From Candidatus Marinacidobacterales bacterium (lineage in GTDB: Bacteria > Acidobacteriota > Vicinamibacteria > Marinacidobacterales > SMYC01): a DNA stretch of 64,000 nt. The stretch is taken from positions 7,648,001 through 7,712,000 of the forward strand of contig OZ250169.1 of NCBI GenBank assembly GCA_965237955.1, given 5' to 3'. Each line of letters begins with the position of its first letter. Position 1 is the stretch's first letter. The notes under the pieces were generated by a model that did not search any database, had not been told where the DNA came from, and worked only from the letters and a program-made list of their open reading frames with translations. The position numbers and the translations under genes are program-made. Below are positions 19,131 to 29,146 of this stretch, piece after piece.

Positions 19131-19787
19131 AGCGCGCTGGTTCTGGATATCGAGACCGTCAGCCAACCGGTGGAGGAGATTCCCGAGCGCGCTCTCGAGT
19201 ATCTCTTCAAGAGTCTCGCACGCGACCAGCCAGATGAAGAGGAGTTGGAACGACGCCGCGACGACATGATCTCGCGCTTCGGGCTCGATCCGACGACCGG
19301 ACGCGTCATCGTCATTGGCCTTCTCGACGTCGACACCCGCGCCGAGACGGCGTTCTCTGACGACTCCGAAAAGGAGCTCCTGACGAAGTTCTGGGACTGG
19401 CTTGCCGCAAACGAGCACGAGCCTTATGTGACGTTCAACGGCAAGCGCTTCGACATACCGTTTCTGAACGTCCGAAGCGCCATCCACGGACTGAACCCGA
19501 GCAAGGTCATACCCGCGGACCCGCTCACGACACGCCCGCACTTCGACGTCCGCGAAGTTTTCGAAGGCAACGAGCGCCGCCGCCGCGGCAGTCTCGATTT
19601 CTTCACCGCGATCTTCGGCATCCCGTCCCCGAAGTCGAAAATGGACGGCGCCAAAGTCAACGACGCGTACGCCGAAGGACGACTGGACGACATCGTCCAG
19701 TACTGTCTCGAAGACTGCCGCGCCACCGCCGCCATTTACGAGAGACTCGCTCCCTTGTACCGCTCTCCAAAACCTGATCAAATCTGA
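19128..19787 (+). CDS. DEDDy 3'-5' exonuclease (PolB-exo/RNase H-like)
   Basis: LDIET, TFNGKRFDIPF, YCLED. Confidence 0.85.
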   Translation: MSALVLDIETVSQPVEEIPERALEYLFKSLARDQPDEEELERRRDDMISRFGLDPTTGRVIVIGLLDVDTRAETAFSDDSEKELLTKFWDWLAANEHEPYVTFNGKRFDIPFLNVRSAIHGLNPSKVIPADPLTTRPHFDVREVFEGNERRRRGSLDFFTAIFGIPSPKSKMDGAKVNDAYAEGRLDDIVQYCLEDCRATAAIYERLAPLYRSPKPDQI

Positions 19788-19792
19788 TCAGG
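19773..19792. terminator. Hairpin at the convergent stop codons
   Basis: CCTGATCA-AATC-TGATCAGG perfect 8-bp stem; no U-tail. Confidence 0.3.
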
Positions 19793-21887
19793 CCCAGGTT
19801 CCTGCTTCATACACATAGAGAAAACTAAAATAGTTCTTCTGGAAGGCTTCGATCGCGGGCAATAGTTCCTGTTGGTCGCGTAGCGTTCCTTGGAACAGGT
19901 CGGCCAACTGGTTGAGGCGGGGCAGGATGGTTTTGATGTTGAACACCGTCGTGTCGAGGTCGAGGTTGAGCTCGTCCCAGTCGAGCGGGGTCGACACCGG
20001 TGCTTTTGGGCGCGGGCGTACGACGTACGCGGGGACGATGGTTTGTCCTTTGCGGTTCTGCAGAAAGTCGATGTAGACCTTGCCGCGCCGGCGGCTCACG
20101 ACGCGCTCGACGGTTGCAATGTCGTCATGCTCCTTGGCGACGTGGATCGCGACCGCTTCACAAAACTGTTTCGTGTGCTCGTAGGTGTAGTTGGGTTTGA
20201 CCGGCACGTAAATGTGAAGCCCGGTCGCGCCTGACGTCTTGAGGTACGGCCGGAGCCCGATGCCGCGAAGAACTTTTCCGAGGGTGCGCGCGATTTTAAC
20301 GACGTCGGGAAACGGCGAGCCGTCCGGATCCAGATCGAAGACGGCCCAATCGGGCGTGTCTTGCGAGCTTCGACGGGAGAACCACGGATGGATATCGATG
20401 CTCGCGAGGTTCGCCATGAGCAGTAGGGTGTCGCGGTCGTTACACACAATGCAGCGGATGGTTGCGCCTTTGCTATCGGAGGCAATCGGCTCGGTCTCCA
20501 CCCAATCGGGGATGTGGCTTGGCGCGTCTTTTTGGTAGAACGCCTTCCCGTGGATGCCGTCCGGGTAGCGGAGCATGTGGCACGGGCGTTCGTAGAGATA
20601 GGGAAGGAGCGCGTCGGCCACTTGCTCGTAGTAGCGGATGAGATCGCCTTTGGTGTATCCCTCCTCGGGCCAGAACACTTTGTCGAGATTGGTGAACTTG
20701 ATCTTCCGCTTGCGCGGTTGTTTGCGGAGCGCCTCGACGAGGTCTTCCTTGGCGACGGCTTCGGCACCTGCGACAGGGACGAGGCGCCAATCGCTCGAGG
20801 GCCCTGCGGTGTACATGCTCGAGCTTCGCTTCGCGAGGACTGCGGGTAGGCCGGCTGCCGCGGTCACGCCGTAGAACTCCTCTCCTCTCGATTGCACGTG
20901 GTCGACGAAGAGCACGTGCTGGAGCTTCGGGAGCACCGTGGCGAGCATTTGTTTGCGATCAAGAAGAGGTAACGGTGCGAGGTCCCACTCCTCGTAGTAG
21001 AGAAGGTCGAACGCGTAGAACACGACGGTCACGGCGGCGGCAGCATCAGTGTCGCCTTGCAACCGGCGCTCGAGGACTTCGCGCGAAGGCCGCTGGTTCT
21101 CGTCGGTCGCGACGAGAACACCGTCGAGATAGCCGTTCTCGCAACGCAAGCTCTTGGCGTCTTCCAAGATCTCAGGCAATGGGTCTCCGTCGACACCGAC
21201 GAGTTGCACGTCGTCGCCCTCGATGCGCAGCCCCGCCCTTTGACCGGCGAACTCAACTTCGAACAGCCAGTCGGGATCGGAAAACGCTTCCACCGTCTCG
21301 CCCGCCACCATGAGATCGAACGCATCCGGCAAGGGTGTTTGCTTGGCAGCGGCGAGATCGAAAAACGGTGCCTTCTCCGAGTCGTCACGCGCGTAACGAT
21401 CCCGCGCTTTGAACAGAATCCACTCTTGTTTCTCCGAGCGGGTCTTCACCATATGCCACTCGCCTCGGAGCTTCGCTCCCCGAAGCCGAATCTCGAGCTT
21501 CCCCGCCTCGACAGCTTGGGGACCGTCGTCGGCTTTCAAAAGCTCGTAGCGCCCGCGATCCCAGATGGTCATCGTCCCGCCGCCGTACTCTCCCTTCGGG
21601 ATCACGCCGTCGAACTCCGTGTACGCGAGGGGGTGATCCTCGGTCCGCACCGCGAGCTTTTTCACCGTCGGGTCGTAGGAAAAACCTCGTGGCACCGCCC
21701 ACGATTTCAGGACGCCTTCCATCTCCAGGCGCAGGTCGTAGTGGAGTCGCCGGGCCTCGTGGCGGTGGACCACGAACGCGGCCGATGTGGGTTGTCGATT
21801 GGTGTCTTCCGGCGGCGGTTCCGGTGTGCGCGCAAAGTCCCGCTTCTCGCGGTAGGTGTTGATGGATTTGTCGCCTGGCTTTGCCAC
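19788..21887 (-). CDS. ligD: LigD-like protein: phosphoesterase + degenerate ligase + primase-polymerase domains
   Basis: PE: HEARRLHYDLRLE, SWAVP, TEDHP. Pol: FDLDP, KTSGATGLH, YIDFLQN, VSTPLDW. Ligase motif I reads EVEFAGQR. Confidence 0.88.
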   Translation of the reverse strand: MAKPGDKSINTYREKRDFARTPEPPPEDTNRQPTSAAFVVHRHEARRLHYDLRLEMEGVLKSWAVPRGFSYDPTVKKLAVRTEDHPLAYTEFDGVIPKGEYGGGTMTIWDRGRYELLKADDGPQAVEAGKLEIRLRGAKLRGEWHMVKTRSEKQEWILFKARDRYARDDSEKAPFFDLAAAKQTPLPDAFDLMVAGETVEAFSDPDWLFEVEFAGQRAGLRIEGDDVQLVGVDGDPLPEILEDAKSLRCENGYLDGVLVATDENQRPSREVLERRLQGDTDAAAAVTVVFYAFDLLYYEEWDLAPLPLLDRKQMLATVLPKLQHVLFVDHVQSRGEEFYGVTAAAGLPAVLAKRSSSMYTAGPSSDWRLVPVAGAEAVAKEDLVEALRKQPRKRKIKFTNLDKVFWPEEGYTKGDLIRYYEQVADALLPYLYERPCHMLRYPDGIHGKAFYQKDAPSHIPDWVETEPIASDSKGATIRCIVCNDRDTLLLMANLASIDIHPWFSRRSSQDTPDWAVFDLDPDGSPFPDVVKIARTLGKVLRGIGLRPYLKTSGATGLHIYVPVKPNYTYEHTKQFCEAVAIHVAKEHDDIATVERVVSRRRGKVYIDFLQNRKGQTIVPAYVVRPRPKAPVSTPLDWDELNLDLDTTVFNIKTILPRLNQLADLFQGTLRDQQELLPAIEAFQKNYFSFLYVYEAGTWA

Positions 21888-21906
21888 GCGGCAGTTTAAC
21901 GGATTG

Positions 21907-22674
21907 CTACTGTTGTTGTTGCTGCTGCCGGCGCCGCTGCTCTTGTTGGTTCATGTCAGGCGGCACCGGAATCGGCCGACCCAACGCATCCATGAACGGC
22001 ATCATGGCCGGCGGCGGCGCGGTCTGGTTCGGTTGCTCCTGGTTTGCACCCGGCGCGACCGACCCCGGCAAACCGGGGGTGAATCTGCTGCGCGGGTACG
22101 ACGGGGGCGGCGGCAGGTAGCTCGGAACCGGCGAGCTTCCTGGCGGTGCGAAGTCAGCCGGCCCATTTTCATTGTCCGGATCGTCGACGAGATCGTCGTT
22201 CATGTCGTCGAAGTCGTCGTCCTCATCCATCATGTCATCGTCCATGTCGTCGAAGTCGTCGTACCCGTCATCGACCGGATCCGCCAGGCGCACCGGCGGT
22301 CGTCGCGGCGGTGGTGCCGCGCGCGCGGGCCCTCCGCCTCCCGCTCCCACGAATATCTTGTCGACCCGTCCCCAATCGCGAGGATCTATCATCACGGCAT
22401 AGTTCACGCCGTTGCCTTCGAGTAACCGCTGAATCGCCATCGCGAGAGGAACATTCTCGAGGTTCGCGGTGAGGCGTTTGTTCTTGACGGCGTCTTCGAG
22501 AATGAGCTCGAGCCCAGCTACCTCTTCGAGCTTCTCGAACACGCTCGCAAGCGGAGCGTTGCTGCAGCTGATGCTCACCAGTCCGCCTTCGTAGCTCGCC
22601 GAGACCGACTGCGCGGACGCTTGTGCCGTGAGGAGGACGAGCGTTGCGAGGAGCGGAAGACACCTCTTGACCAT
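21907..22674 (-). CDS. Secreted protein with STN/secretin-N-like domain and Asp/Pro/Gln-rich tail
   Basis: AAGGAG RBS, signal peptide ending ASA; VSISCSNAPLASVF...LTANLENVPLAMAIQRLL. Confidence 0.6.
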   Translation of the reverse strand: MVKRCLPLLATLVLLTAQASAQSVSASYEGGLVSISCSNAPLASVFEKLEEVAGLELILEDAVKNKRLTANLENVPLAMAIQRLLEGNGVNYAVMIDPRDWGRVDKIFVGAGGGGPARAAPPPRRPPVRLADPVDDGYDDFDDMDDDMMDEDDDFDDMNDDLVDDPDNENGPADFAPPGSSPVPSYLPPPPSYPRSRFTPGLPGSVAPGANQEQPNQTAPPPAMMPFMDALGRPIPVPPDMNQQEQRRRQQQQQQ

Positions 22675-22726
22675 TACCCGGGTTTTCTCCTTATTATGCC
22701 AACGTAGCACTGTCCGACCAGCTCTG

Positions 22727-23809
22727 TCAAAGCGCCTGTCGATACGCGTTCAGAGTCCGCCGAGCGGTGGCTTCCCATACGAAGTCCGGCGCACGAGCGA
22801 GGCCACGCGCTCGAAGCGTCGCTCGAAGTCCCGTATCAGCAAGTATTTGCGTGAGACCATCAGCGATGGCCTCTTCGTCCAAAGGATCCACGTACAAGAC
22901 GGCGTCGCCTCCGACTTCGGGCAGCGCGCCGCGCCTCGTCGTGACGACGGGCGTGCCGCACGCCATCGACTCGAGGACGGGCATCCCGAATCCCTCGGCG
23001 AGCGAGGGATACGCGAGCGCTTCAGCGAGGTTGTAGAGTCCGGGAAGATCTTCGTCGGGAACGGCACCGAGCAGCTTGACCGTGCCATCGGGTAGCGCGT
23101 CGACTTTCTCGAGGATGGGTTCAAAGCGAAAATCCGACACCCCTACTAGCGCCAGGGTGACGTCGCCGTCGAGCTGCGCGATGGCACCGATGAGCCGCTC
23201 CAAGTTTTTCCGGGGCTCGAGGCGGCCCACCGACAACACGAAAGGTCGGTCGAGTCCGTATCGTTTCAAGAGCTCGACCGGCGGCGTGTCCAAAGGTCGG
23301 AAGCGGTCATGATCGACAGCGTCGTAGGTGACGATCACGCGCTCGTCGGGGATTCCGTACGTCTCGAGGATCGCCTGGCGCGAAAACTCCGAGACGGTGA
23401 GCACGGCGCGCGCTCGCTTCGCGGAGCGACGGATGAGCCCTCTCGAGCGTTTCGAGAAAGCCCCCTCGAAGAGCTCAGGATGGGTCTCGAACAACACGTC
23501 GTGGATGGTAACGACTTCGGGCACGAACGAAAGCGGTGGTGCGATGTACTGAGAGTGGAACACGTCGAGACCGTGCACGAGCTCGAGCACGGGAACGACG
23601 AACGGGAGCCGGATTTTGGCCGTTCGGGGAAACACCCGGTGATGCGATCCGTCTATTAGTTGCCGCGTGGCGTCTGGCTCGAAGCTGAAGACACGCAGCT
23701 CGTCGTCCTCCTTGAGGAGGGGCGCGAGAGCGCGGATCAGTTGAAGGAGATAGGTGCGGCTGCCTTGAGGTTTGCCGTTCAGGTGGTGGGCGTCGATGCC
23801 GATGCGCAT
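22727..23809 (-). CDS. Glycosyltransferase family 4
   Basis: MRIGIDA, VTIHD, VGRLEPRKN, PSLAEGFGMPVLESMACG. Confidence 0.9.
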   Translation of the reverse strand: MRIGIDAHHLNGKPQGSRTYLLQLIRALAPLLKEDDELRVFSFEPDATRQLIDGSHHRVFPRTAKIRLPFVVPVLELVHGLDVFHSQYIAPPLSFVPEVVTIHDVLFETHPELFEGAFSKRSRGLIRRSAKRARAVLTVSEFSRQAILETYGIPDERVIVTYDAVDHDRFRPLDTPPVELLKRYGLDRPFVLSVGRLEPRKNLERLIGAIAQLDGDVTLALVGVSDFRFEPILEKVDALPDGTVKLLGAVPDEDLPGLYNLAEALAYPSLAEGFGMPVLESMACGTPVVTTRRGALPEVGGDAVLYVDPLDEEAIADGLTQILADTGLRATLRARGLARAPDFVWEATARRTLNAYRQAL

Positions 23810-23828
23810 CCGAAATTAAGGGGGGAAT

Positions 23829-24710
23829 CTAGGGTTGACGCCGTTGATTACGCTGTTGCGGGCCGGCCGTGCCCGGTTGTCTGAAACCAGGCCGTTGACC
23901 GGGACCCACCGGTTGGCCGACGTTGGGTTGACCGGGACGCGCACCCGAGCCCGGTTGACCCGGAAGAATCTGCCCGGGTTGGCCTTGTTGCACACCGCCG
24001 GGACCCGTTGGAGCCGATCCGAAACGAAAACTGGTCAGGCCCGGCGGAGGCGGAAGGCCGGGGAACGGGCTTTGAGCTCCTGCCTGTCCGCCCGGCTGGA
24101 CGCCAAGCTGAACAGAGGGCGCGGGACGGCCCGCTTGTTGCTGCCCGCCATAGACGAAGAGCCAGTCTTTGTACTTCTCCTTGCCCGGCACTTTGTAAAA
24201 CGTTTCTTCGTCGCTCGCGCTCGCGACACCGACGATACCGCCCATGCTTTGATCGGACGCTCCGCGCCCCATCGTCGATTGGAAACGTCCGCCGGTGGGC
24301 TGGCCAGGTGTTCTCAGCCGTGCGCGCGAACGATTCAAGTCGGTGATGCCGGCGGCGCGTGCCGCCGCTTCTTGTTGCTGCTGGGCGCCCTGTTGGAGCT
24401 CCGGAGACAGTTGACGGATCAAACGGAACGAACCGTCTTCGGTTTCGGCGAACGGGTCTTTGTACTCCCTCCGCAGGAACTTCCCCTCGATGAGGATCTC
24501 CATGTTCGGAGGATACGCGCCGGGAAACTTACGCTGGTAGAGCTCGATCGCTTGCATGTACTGATAGCCGCGAAAGATGAGCTCTTTCTCGCGCTCGCGC
24601 TGGACGATCTTCTGCCACAGCGGCACGGCGGCCGTCATCGAGATACCGAGGATCACGAGACCGATGGCAATGCCGAACAAAACGTACCCGGCTTCGCGAT
24701 CGCGTCTCAT
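23829..24710 (-). CDS. Minor pseudopilin-like protein with Gln/Pro/Gly-rich tail
   Basis: EAG/YVL class III-like signal lacking Glu5; REREKELIFRG, FLRREYKDP, YKDWLF. Confidence 0.75.
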   Translation of the reverse strand: MRRDREAGYVLFGIAIGLVILGISMTAAVPLWQKIVQREREKELIFRGYQYMQAIELYQRKFPGAYPPNMEILIEGKFLRREYKDPFAETEDGSFRLIRQLSPELQQGAQQQQEAAARAAGITDLNRSRARLRTPGQPTGGRFQSTMGRGASDQSMGGIVGVASASDEETFYKVPGKEKYKDWLFVYGGQQQAGRPAPSVQLGVQPGGQAGAQSPFPGLPPPPGLTSFRFGSAPTGPGGVQQGQPGQILPGQPGSGARPGQPNVGQPVGPGQRPGFRQPGTAGPQQRNQRRQP

Positions 24711-25345
24711 TCGTCGGCCTCCCGAGCGCGCTCGTACACGCGCAGTACTCTCCCGACGTAGTCCCGCGTTTCTCGATAAGGCGGCACGCCTCCGTATTTA
24801 CGCACGGCGTCCGGGCTGGCATTGTACGCTGCGAGTGCTAAGGACAGATCGCCGTCGTGCTCGTCGAGCATGCGCCGGAGGTAGTGCGAGCCGCCGTCGA
24901 CGTTTTGTCCCGGGTCGAGGACGTTACCGACGCCGAGCTCGCGCGCCGTCGCCGGCATGAGCTGCATCAGGCCCCGCGCGCCTTTTTTCGAGACCGCGTT
25001 GGGATCGCCGCTCGACTCGGCCCAAATCACCGCCGCAACGAGATTGGGATCGAGGTCGTATTTCGCCGCCGCCGGTTGGATCACGGACTCGAGATGCGGA
25101 AGCAAGCGCACTTCCTCCGGATCCGCGCTCTCGTTCTCGACGATCTCGTTCGGGACGATGTTCGCGACGAGGTCCGCGGGGACGGTGACCTCTCCGCCAC
25201 CGGTGAGAAACAACGTGAGCTCTTCGTCCGCTCTCTCGAAGCGATCGATATATAGAATCTTCCCGCTCGACATGACCGCGATCTCGGCCGACGCCGATAC
25301 CGCAACCACTGAGCACGACACGAGCAGCAAGAGTCCGAGCTTCAT
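24707..25345 (-). CDS. Lytic transglycosylase (SLT domain)
   Basis: Signal peptide; AES, GARGLMQLMP, ALAAYNA, ETRDYV. Confidence 0.9.
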   Translation of the reverse strand: MKLGLLLLVSCSVVAVSASAEIAVMSSGKILYIDRFERADEELTLFLTGGGEVTVPADLVANIVPNEIVENESADPEEVRLLPHLESVIQPAAAKYDLDPNLVAAVIWAESSGDPNAVSKKGARGLMQLMPATARELGVGNVLDPGQNVDGGSHYLRRMLDEHDGDLSLALAAYNASPDAVRKYGGVPPYRETRDYVGRVLRVYERAREADE

Positions 25346-25830
25346 TCCGATTTCGTAGCCTCCCACGTACCGTTCGAGGGACCGCACACACCGAGATTGT
25401 CAGCCTGTTTCTCGGTGACGCTGTTAATGAAAGCGCCGTTCGCGATCTCATCACCCATGAACGTGCCGGACACCGTCAACGTGCCGACATAGTACTTCCC
25501 GCCCTCCTCGTCCCTGCGCCAGATCACGGTACCGGAGAACGAGTCGGCGCTGACCACGGACTCGTAGCCGTTGAGGTTCAACACGAGCCGGCCGCCGGTG
25601 CAGTCATGGTGAAGCGTCAGGGTTGTGCGCACCACGTTGCCGCTGGCGCGCACGTCGTAGCGAAGGGTACGTCCTTGATCGGTCAAACCGTCCCATCGCC
25701 CGGCGATATCGAACTGCGTCGGAGGCACGTCCGGCACCGTCGGCGACGGCGGTGGTGGGTCTTCGAACTCGTTGCACGAAGAGACGGCGGCTGCGACTAA
25801 CAGGCAAGTCAGTAATACTTTGAGTTTCAA
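25342..25830 (-). CDS. Hypothetical beta-rich lipoprotein
   Basis: VSSC lipobox; translationally coupled at both ends. Confidence 0.6.
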   Translation of the reverse strand: MKLKVLLTCLLVAAAVSSCNEFEDPPPPSPTVPDVPPTQFDIAGRWDGLTDQGRTLRYDVRASGNVVRTTLTLHHDCTGGRLVLNLNGYESVVSADSFSGTVIWRRDEEGGKYYVGTLTVSGTFMGDEIANGAFINSVTEKQADNLGVCGPSNGTWEATKSE

Positions 25831-26786
25831 TCGAATACCCTAAACGCGTCGGTGAGCGTGTCGGTCCCATTGTCGGGGTTCGTCACGATGACGTCGCGCG
25901 GTCCACTTGTGGTTGTTGGATCGATCGTGATCTTGACCGAAAGCGTCTCCGCGTTGACGAAGGTGATGACGTCGATCGCGATGCCCACACCGAAGCTTAC
26001 CGTGGCGCCGGGTTGGAATTTCTGGCCTCCGATCGTCACGGTAAGCGAACTATCTTTGGTGCCGGAGCTCGGCGCGACGAAGTCGATGAGAGGTGGGTCG
26101 AAGACTGCTCGGGAGACGATCACCGTTCCTGACGACGCGCCGGAGGTCACGGTCACCGTTGCCGACGTCGTTCCGTCGTCGAGGAGCGTCAAGCGATCGA
26201 ACGCTTGCCCGCTGGCGTTGGTCCGGAGGATGGAGCCTTGCGATGCCATCGTTCCGGCATCAGTGCTGAAGATCACGATCACGTCGGGAAGCAAGTTGCC
26301 GCGGTTGTCGGTGACCGTGGCAACGATCTCCGAGGTGAAGTCGGCCGGACCGAGAAGCGACGGGTTCGCGACGACAGTGATGACGAGCTCGCCGGCATCG
26401 CCAGCGCCGATCTCTACCGTCACCGTTTGAGCGGAGAGGCTTCCGGAGCTCGCGGTCACCGTCGCCTGTCCTGCTCGGCCGTTACTCTGAAGTGTGGCGC
26501 GGGCGATGCCGTTCTCGGTCGCCACGCGCTCTTCGATGGCTCCGAGGCTGGTGGTGAAAAAGATCTGGGTGCCGTCGGCGACCGTGCCACCACCGTCGCC
26601 TGCGGCCTTGAACAAGGTGGCGGTAATCGTCGAAGCTCCGCCTATTACAGCGATCGATTGGGGGTTGGCTTGGATCGTCATCGTGGCTTCGTTCGGCGCC
26701 GTCAACGGCACGGGCTTGCATGCTGATAGCGCCAACGCGCTCACGAACAGAACTAACCCCGTGAAAGTCGTTCGGTTCAGGTTCAT
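25827..26786 (-). CDS. Lipoprotein with invasin/Big-1 Ig-like domains and an IPT/TIG domain
   Basis: LSAC lipobox; DGTQIFFTTSLG, NGIARATL, TVTDNRGN, TNASGQA, GPRDVIVTNPD. Confidence 0.7.
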   Translation of the reverse strand: MNLNRTTFTGLVLFVSALALSACKPVPLTAPNEATMTIQANPQSIAVIGGASTITATLFKAAGDGGGTVADGTQIFFTTSLGAIEERVATENGIARATLQSNGRAGQATVTASSGSLSAQTVTVEIGAGDAGELVITVVANPSLLGPADFTSEIVATVTDNRGNLLPDVIVIFSTDAGTMASQGSILRTNASGQAFDRLTLLDDGTTSATVTVTSGASSGTVIVSRAVFDPPLIDFVAPSSGTKDSSLTVTIGGQKFQPGATVSFGVGIAIDVITFVNAETLSVKITIDPTTTSGPRDVIVTNPDNGTDTLTDAFRVFD

Positions 26787-29140
26787 GGACGCACCTCGAT
26801 GCGAAGCGAGGCAAAGCTCGCTGGGAGGCTTGCTCCGGTTGGATCTCTCAATGAGCCGCGCGCGCTCACCACGCGCGGCGGACTTTCGGCCAAGACTTCG
26901 AAACCGAGCCGGACGAGGTGTCCGGAACCGCGGAGCCCGGTGGTATCTTGCTCGCGAGCGAACGCGATGGTGACCGAGCCCGGGTTGAAGGTCGGCATGA
27001 AGGTGACCGGTTTGCCGTCGATCGACAGAAACGCCCCCGCCTGAACGTCGAAAAGACGCAATACGTTCTCGTCGTACGAGATCGTGATCTCGCCCGCCGA
27101 CAGACCGCGCGCGCCTCCCGCGAGGAGCACGACTGCCACCTGGTCTCCTACTGCGGCGGAGGCGGTCGGTGGGCTGAAGAGGATCGAGACCGGGCCCCCG
27201 GGCTCCGGCCCGGCCGTCGGCTCCGGCGAGATTGCGGGTGGAGGTAGGGGGGGGACGACGACCTCGTCCGGGTCGTCCTCGAAATCATCGAGCTCGTCGC
27301 TGACTTCGTCGATTTCGTCGTCATCGATTTCATCGGGGATTTCATCGGGGACCCGCTCTTCGGGGAGGACCGCTGCGTCCCGCACCGCGTCGAAGATGAA
27401 AGGTCGCGCCCCGGGAACTTTGATTTGCTGCTCGGTTCCCATGGGCAGCGGTGCGAGATCCATCTCGGTAACCCTCGGCGCGCGCACGATGTGCGGCGTC
27501 ACCGAGAAAACGATGTCGTTGCTGGAAGTCTCTGCGTCGTTGTCCGCGAACAGCTTGCTGAGCAGAGGAATGTCGGTCAGCCCGGGAAGGCCGGCGACGC
27601 TTCGAATGTCCGATTGTTGGATGAGCCCTCCGATGAGGTTCGTCTCTCCATCTCTGAGTCGCACCATGGTGTTGACGTTCCTGGTACCGAAGACGGGAAG
27701 CTCGATGCCGCCGATGACGCGCGTATCGAGTTGCGTGCTCGTCTCGAGCGAGATCTGCAACTCGATCTCGCCGTCGATGAATACCTTGGGTGTGATGGTG
27801 ACGTTGATACCGATGGTCCGATACTGGAACGACGTCACTGGTGTCGAGGGTATGCCGCCGGTGCCGAACTGGGACACGAACGACGTCACCGGGATGGGAA
27901 TGTCGGAACCGAGCCGGAGCTCCGCGGGCTGTCCTTCGCTCGCGCGGAGCTTGGGCGCGGACAGGATCCGAGCCTCCGACTTGCTCTTGAACAACCGGAA
28001 CGAGGCGCCGGTCGGGAAGCTGATCACGAAATCGGACGAGTCGACGGACACGAGGCGATTGAGTCTCAATGCGGTGAGCCCGGTTCCCGCCTCGCCGTCA
28101 CCAGAGACGCCGCCGCCGGCAGGTGCGAACCCGAGCCCGATCTCGTACTCCGCGGCGCGCAGCCCGTATTCGAACATCTTGTTGCGGTTGACCTCGAGGA
28201 TCTCGATGTCGAGCATGATCTCCGATTTCGTTTTGTCGTTGAGATCGACGATGCGCTCGGCGACAGCGACCTGGTCGGGAGTCGCTCGGACCGTAATCGA
28301 CTTGAGCTCCGGATTGGGTTGAACGCGCTGGATCCCCGCGATGGTGCGTAGCATGTTGGCGATGGTGTTGACTTCCGCGTTGATGATGAAGAAGGTGCGG
28401 AGCACGAGGTCGTCGTATTTGCGATGCTTTTGCGCGTTGTCGGGGACGATGATGATCGTGGACGAATCGACGACCTTATAGAACAGCCGGTTGATCAGGA
28501 CGAGCTTGTCGAGCGCCTCCACGAACGAGACATCGACGAGATCGATGGTGACCCGCTTGTCGCCGAACGATTCGTCGAACAAGACGTTGATCCCGGAAAG
28601 CTTGGACAGAACTTCGAAGATCTTTTGCAAGCTCGTATCTTCGGCGAAACGGAGCTGGATCGGAGCTGCCGACGACGGCTCGAGGATCGGGCGTTGGCCG
28701 AAGAGCTCGCGGGCGCGGCGCCGGCGGCTCTCGAAAGTCTCTGCCTCATCCCGCAACGCTTCGCGTTCCTTGAGTCGTTCTCTGGTTTCGTTGAGGATCG
28801 ATTGCGCGTAGCGGTTCGTCGGATCGAGATCGACCGAGAGCTCGAGCTCCGCGATCGCCTCTTCCAGATCCTCGGCGGCAAGACGTTTTTGTGCCTGCTG
28901 CACGTGATAGGCGGCCGATTCGATGAGGGCGCGTTCGAGGCCGAGCCGGTACTCGATGTTCTCGGGGTCTTCGTTGACGGCGCGGGTGTAGTGCACGACC
29001 GCGACGTCCCACTCGCCCTGCCGCGAAGCTGTCCGTGCCTTCTTGTGTGCGCTCGATCCGGCACTGCAGCTCACAAGGCCCAAGCCGGTCAAAAGACTCA
29101 GGAGAAGGAGCAATGCAAGTTGGGGTGTTCGTCTTCTCAT
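26783..29140 (-). CDS. gspD: Secretin with N-terminal TPR and C-terminal cohesin-like domain
   Basis: Lipobox VSC, TPR helices, ILSAPKLRA, VRLRDGETNLIGGLI, PGLTDIPLLSKLF, FSVTPHIV. Confidence 0.9.
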   Translation of the reverse strand: MRRRTPQLALLLLLSLLTGLGLVSCSAGSSAHKKARTASRQGEWDVAVVHYTRAVNEDPENIEYRLGLERALIESAAYHVQQAQKRLAAEDLEEAIAELELSVDLDPTNRYAQSILNETRERLKEREALRDEAETFESRRRRARELFGQRPILEPSSAAPIQLRFAEDTSLQKIFEVLSKLSGINVLFDESFGDKRVTIDLVDVSFVEALDKLVLINRLFYKVVDSSTIIIVPDNAQKHRKYDDLVLRTFFIINAEVNTIANMLRTIAGIQRVQPNPELKSITVRATPDQVAVAERIVDLNDKTKSEIMLDIEILEVNRNKMFEYGLRAAEYEIGLGFAPAGGGVSGDGEAGTGLTALRLNRLVSVDSSDFVISFPTGASFRLFKSKSEARILSAPKLRASEGQPAELRLGSDIPIPVTSFVSQFGTGGIPSTPVTSFQYRTIGINVTITPKVFIDGEIELQISLETSTQLDTRVIGGIELPVFGTRNVNTMVRLRDGETNLIGGLIQQSDIRSVAGLPGLTDIPLLSKLFADNDAETSSNDIVFSVTPHIVRAPRVTEMDLAPLPMGTEQQIKVPGARPFIFDAVRDAAVLPEERVPDEIPDEIDDDEIDEVSDELDDFEDDPDEVVVPPLPPPAISPEPTAGPEPGGPVSILFSPPTASAAVGDQVAVVLLAGGARGLSAGEITISYDENVLRLFDVQAGAFLSIDGKPVTFMPTFNPGSVTIAFAREQDTTGLRGSGHLVRLGFEVLAESPPRVVSARGSLRDPTGASLPASFASLRIEVRP

Positions 29141-29146
29141 GACTCC

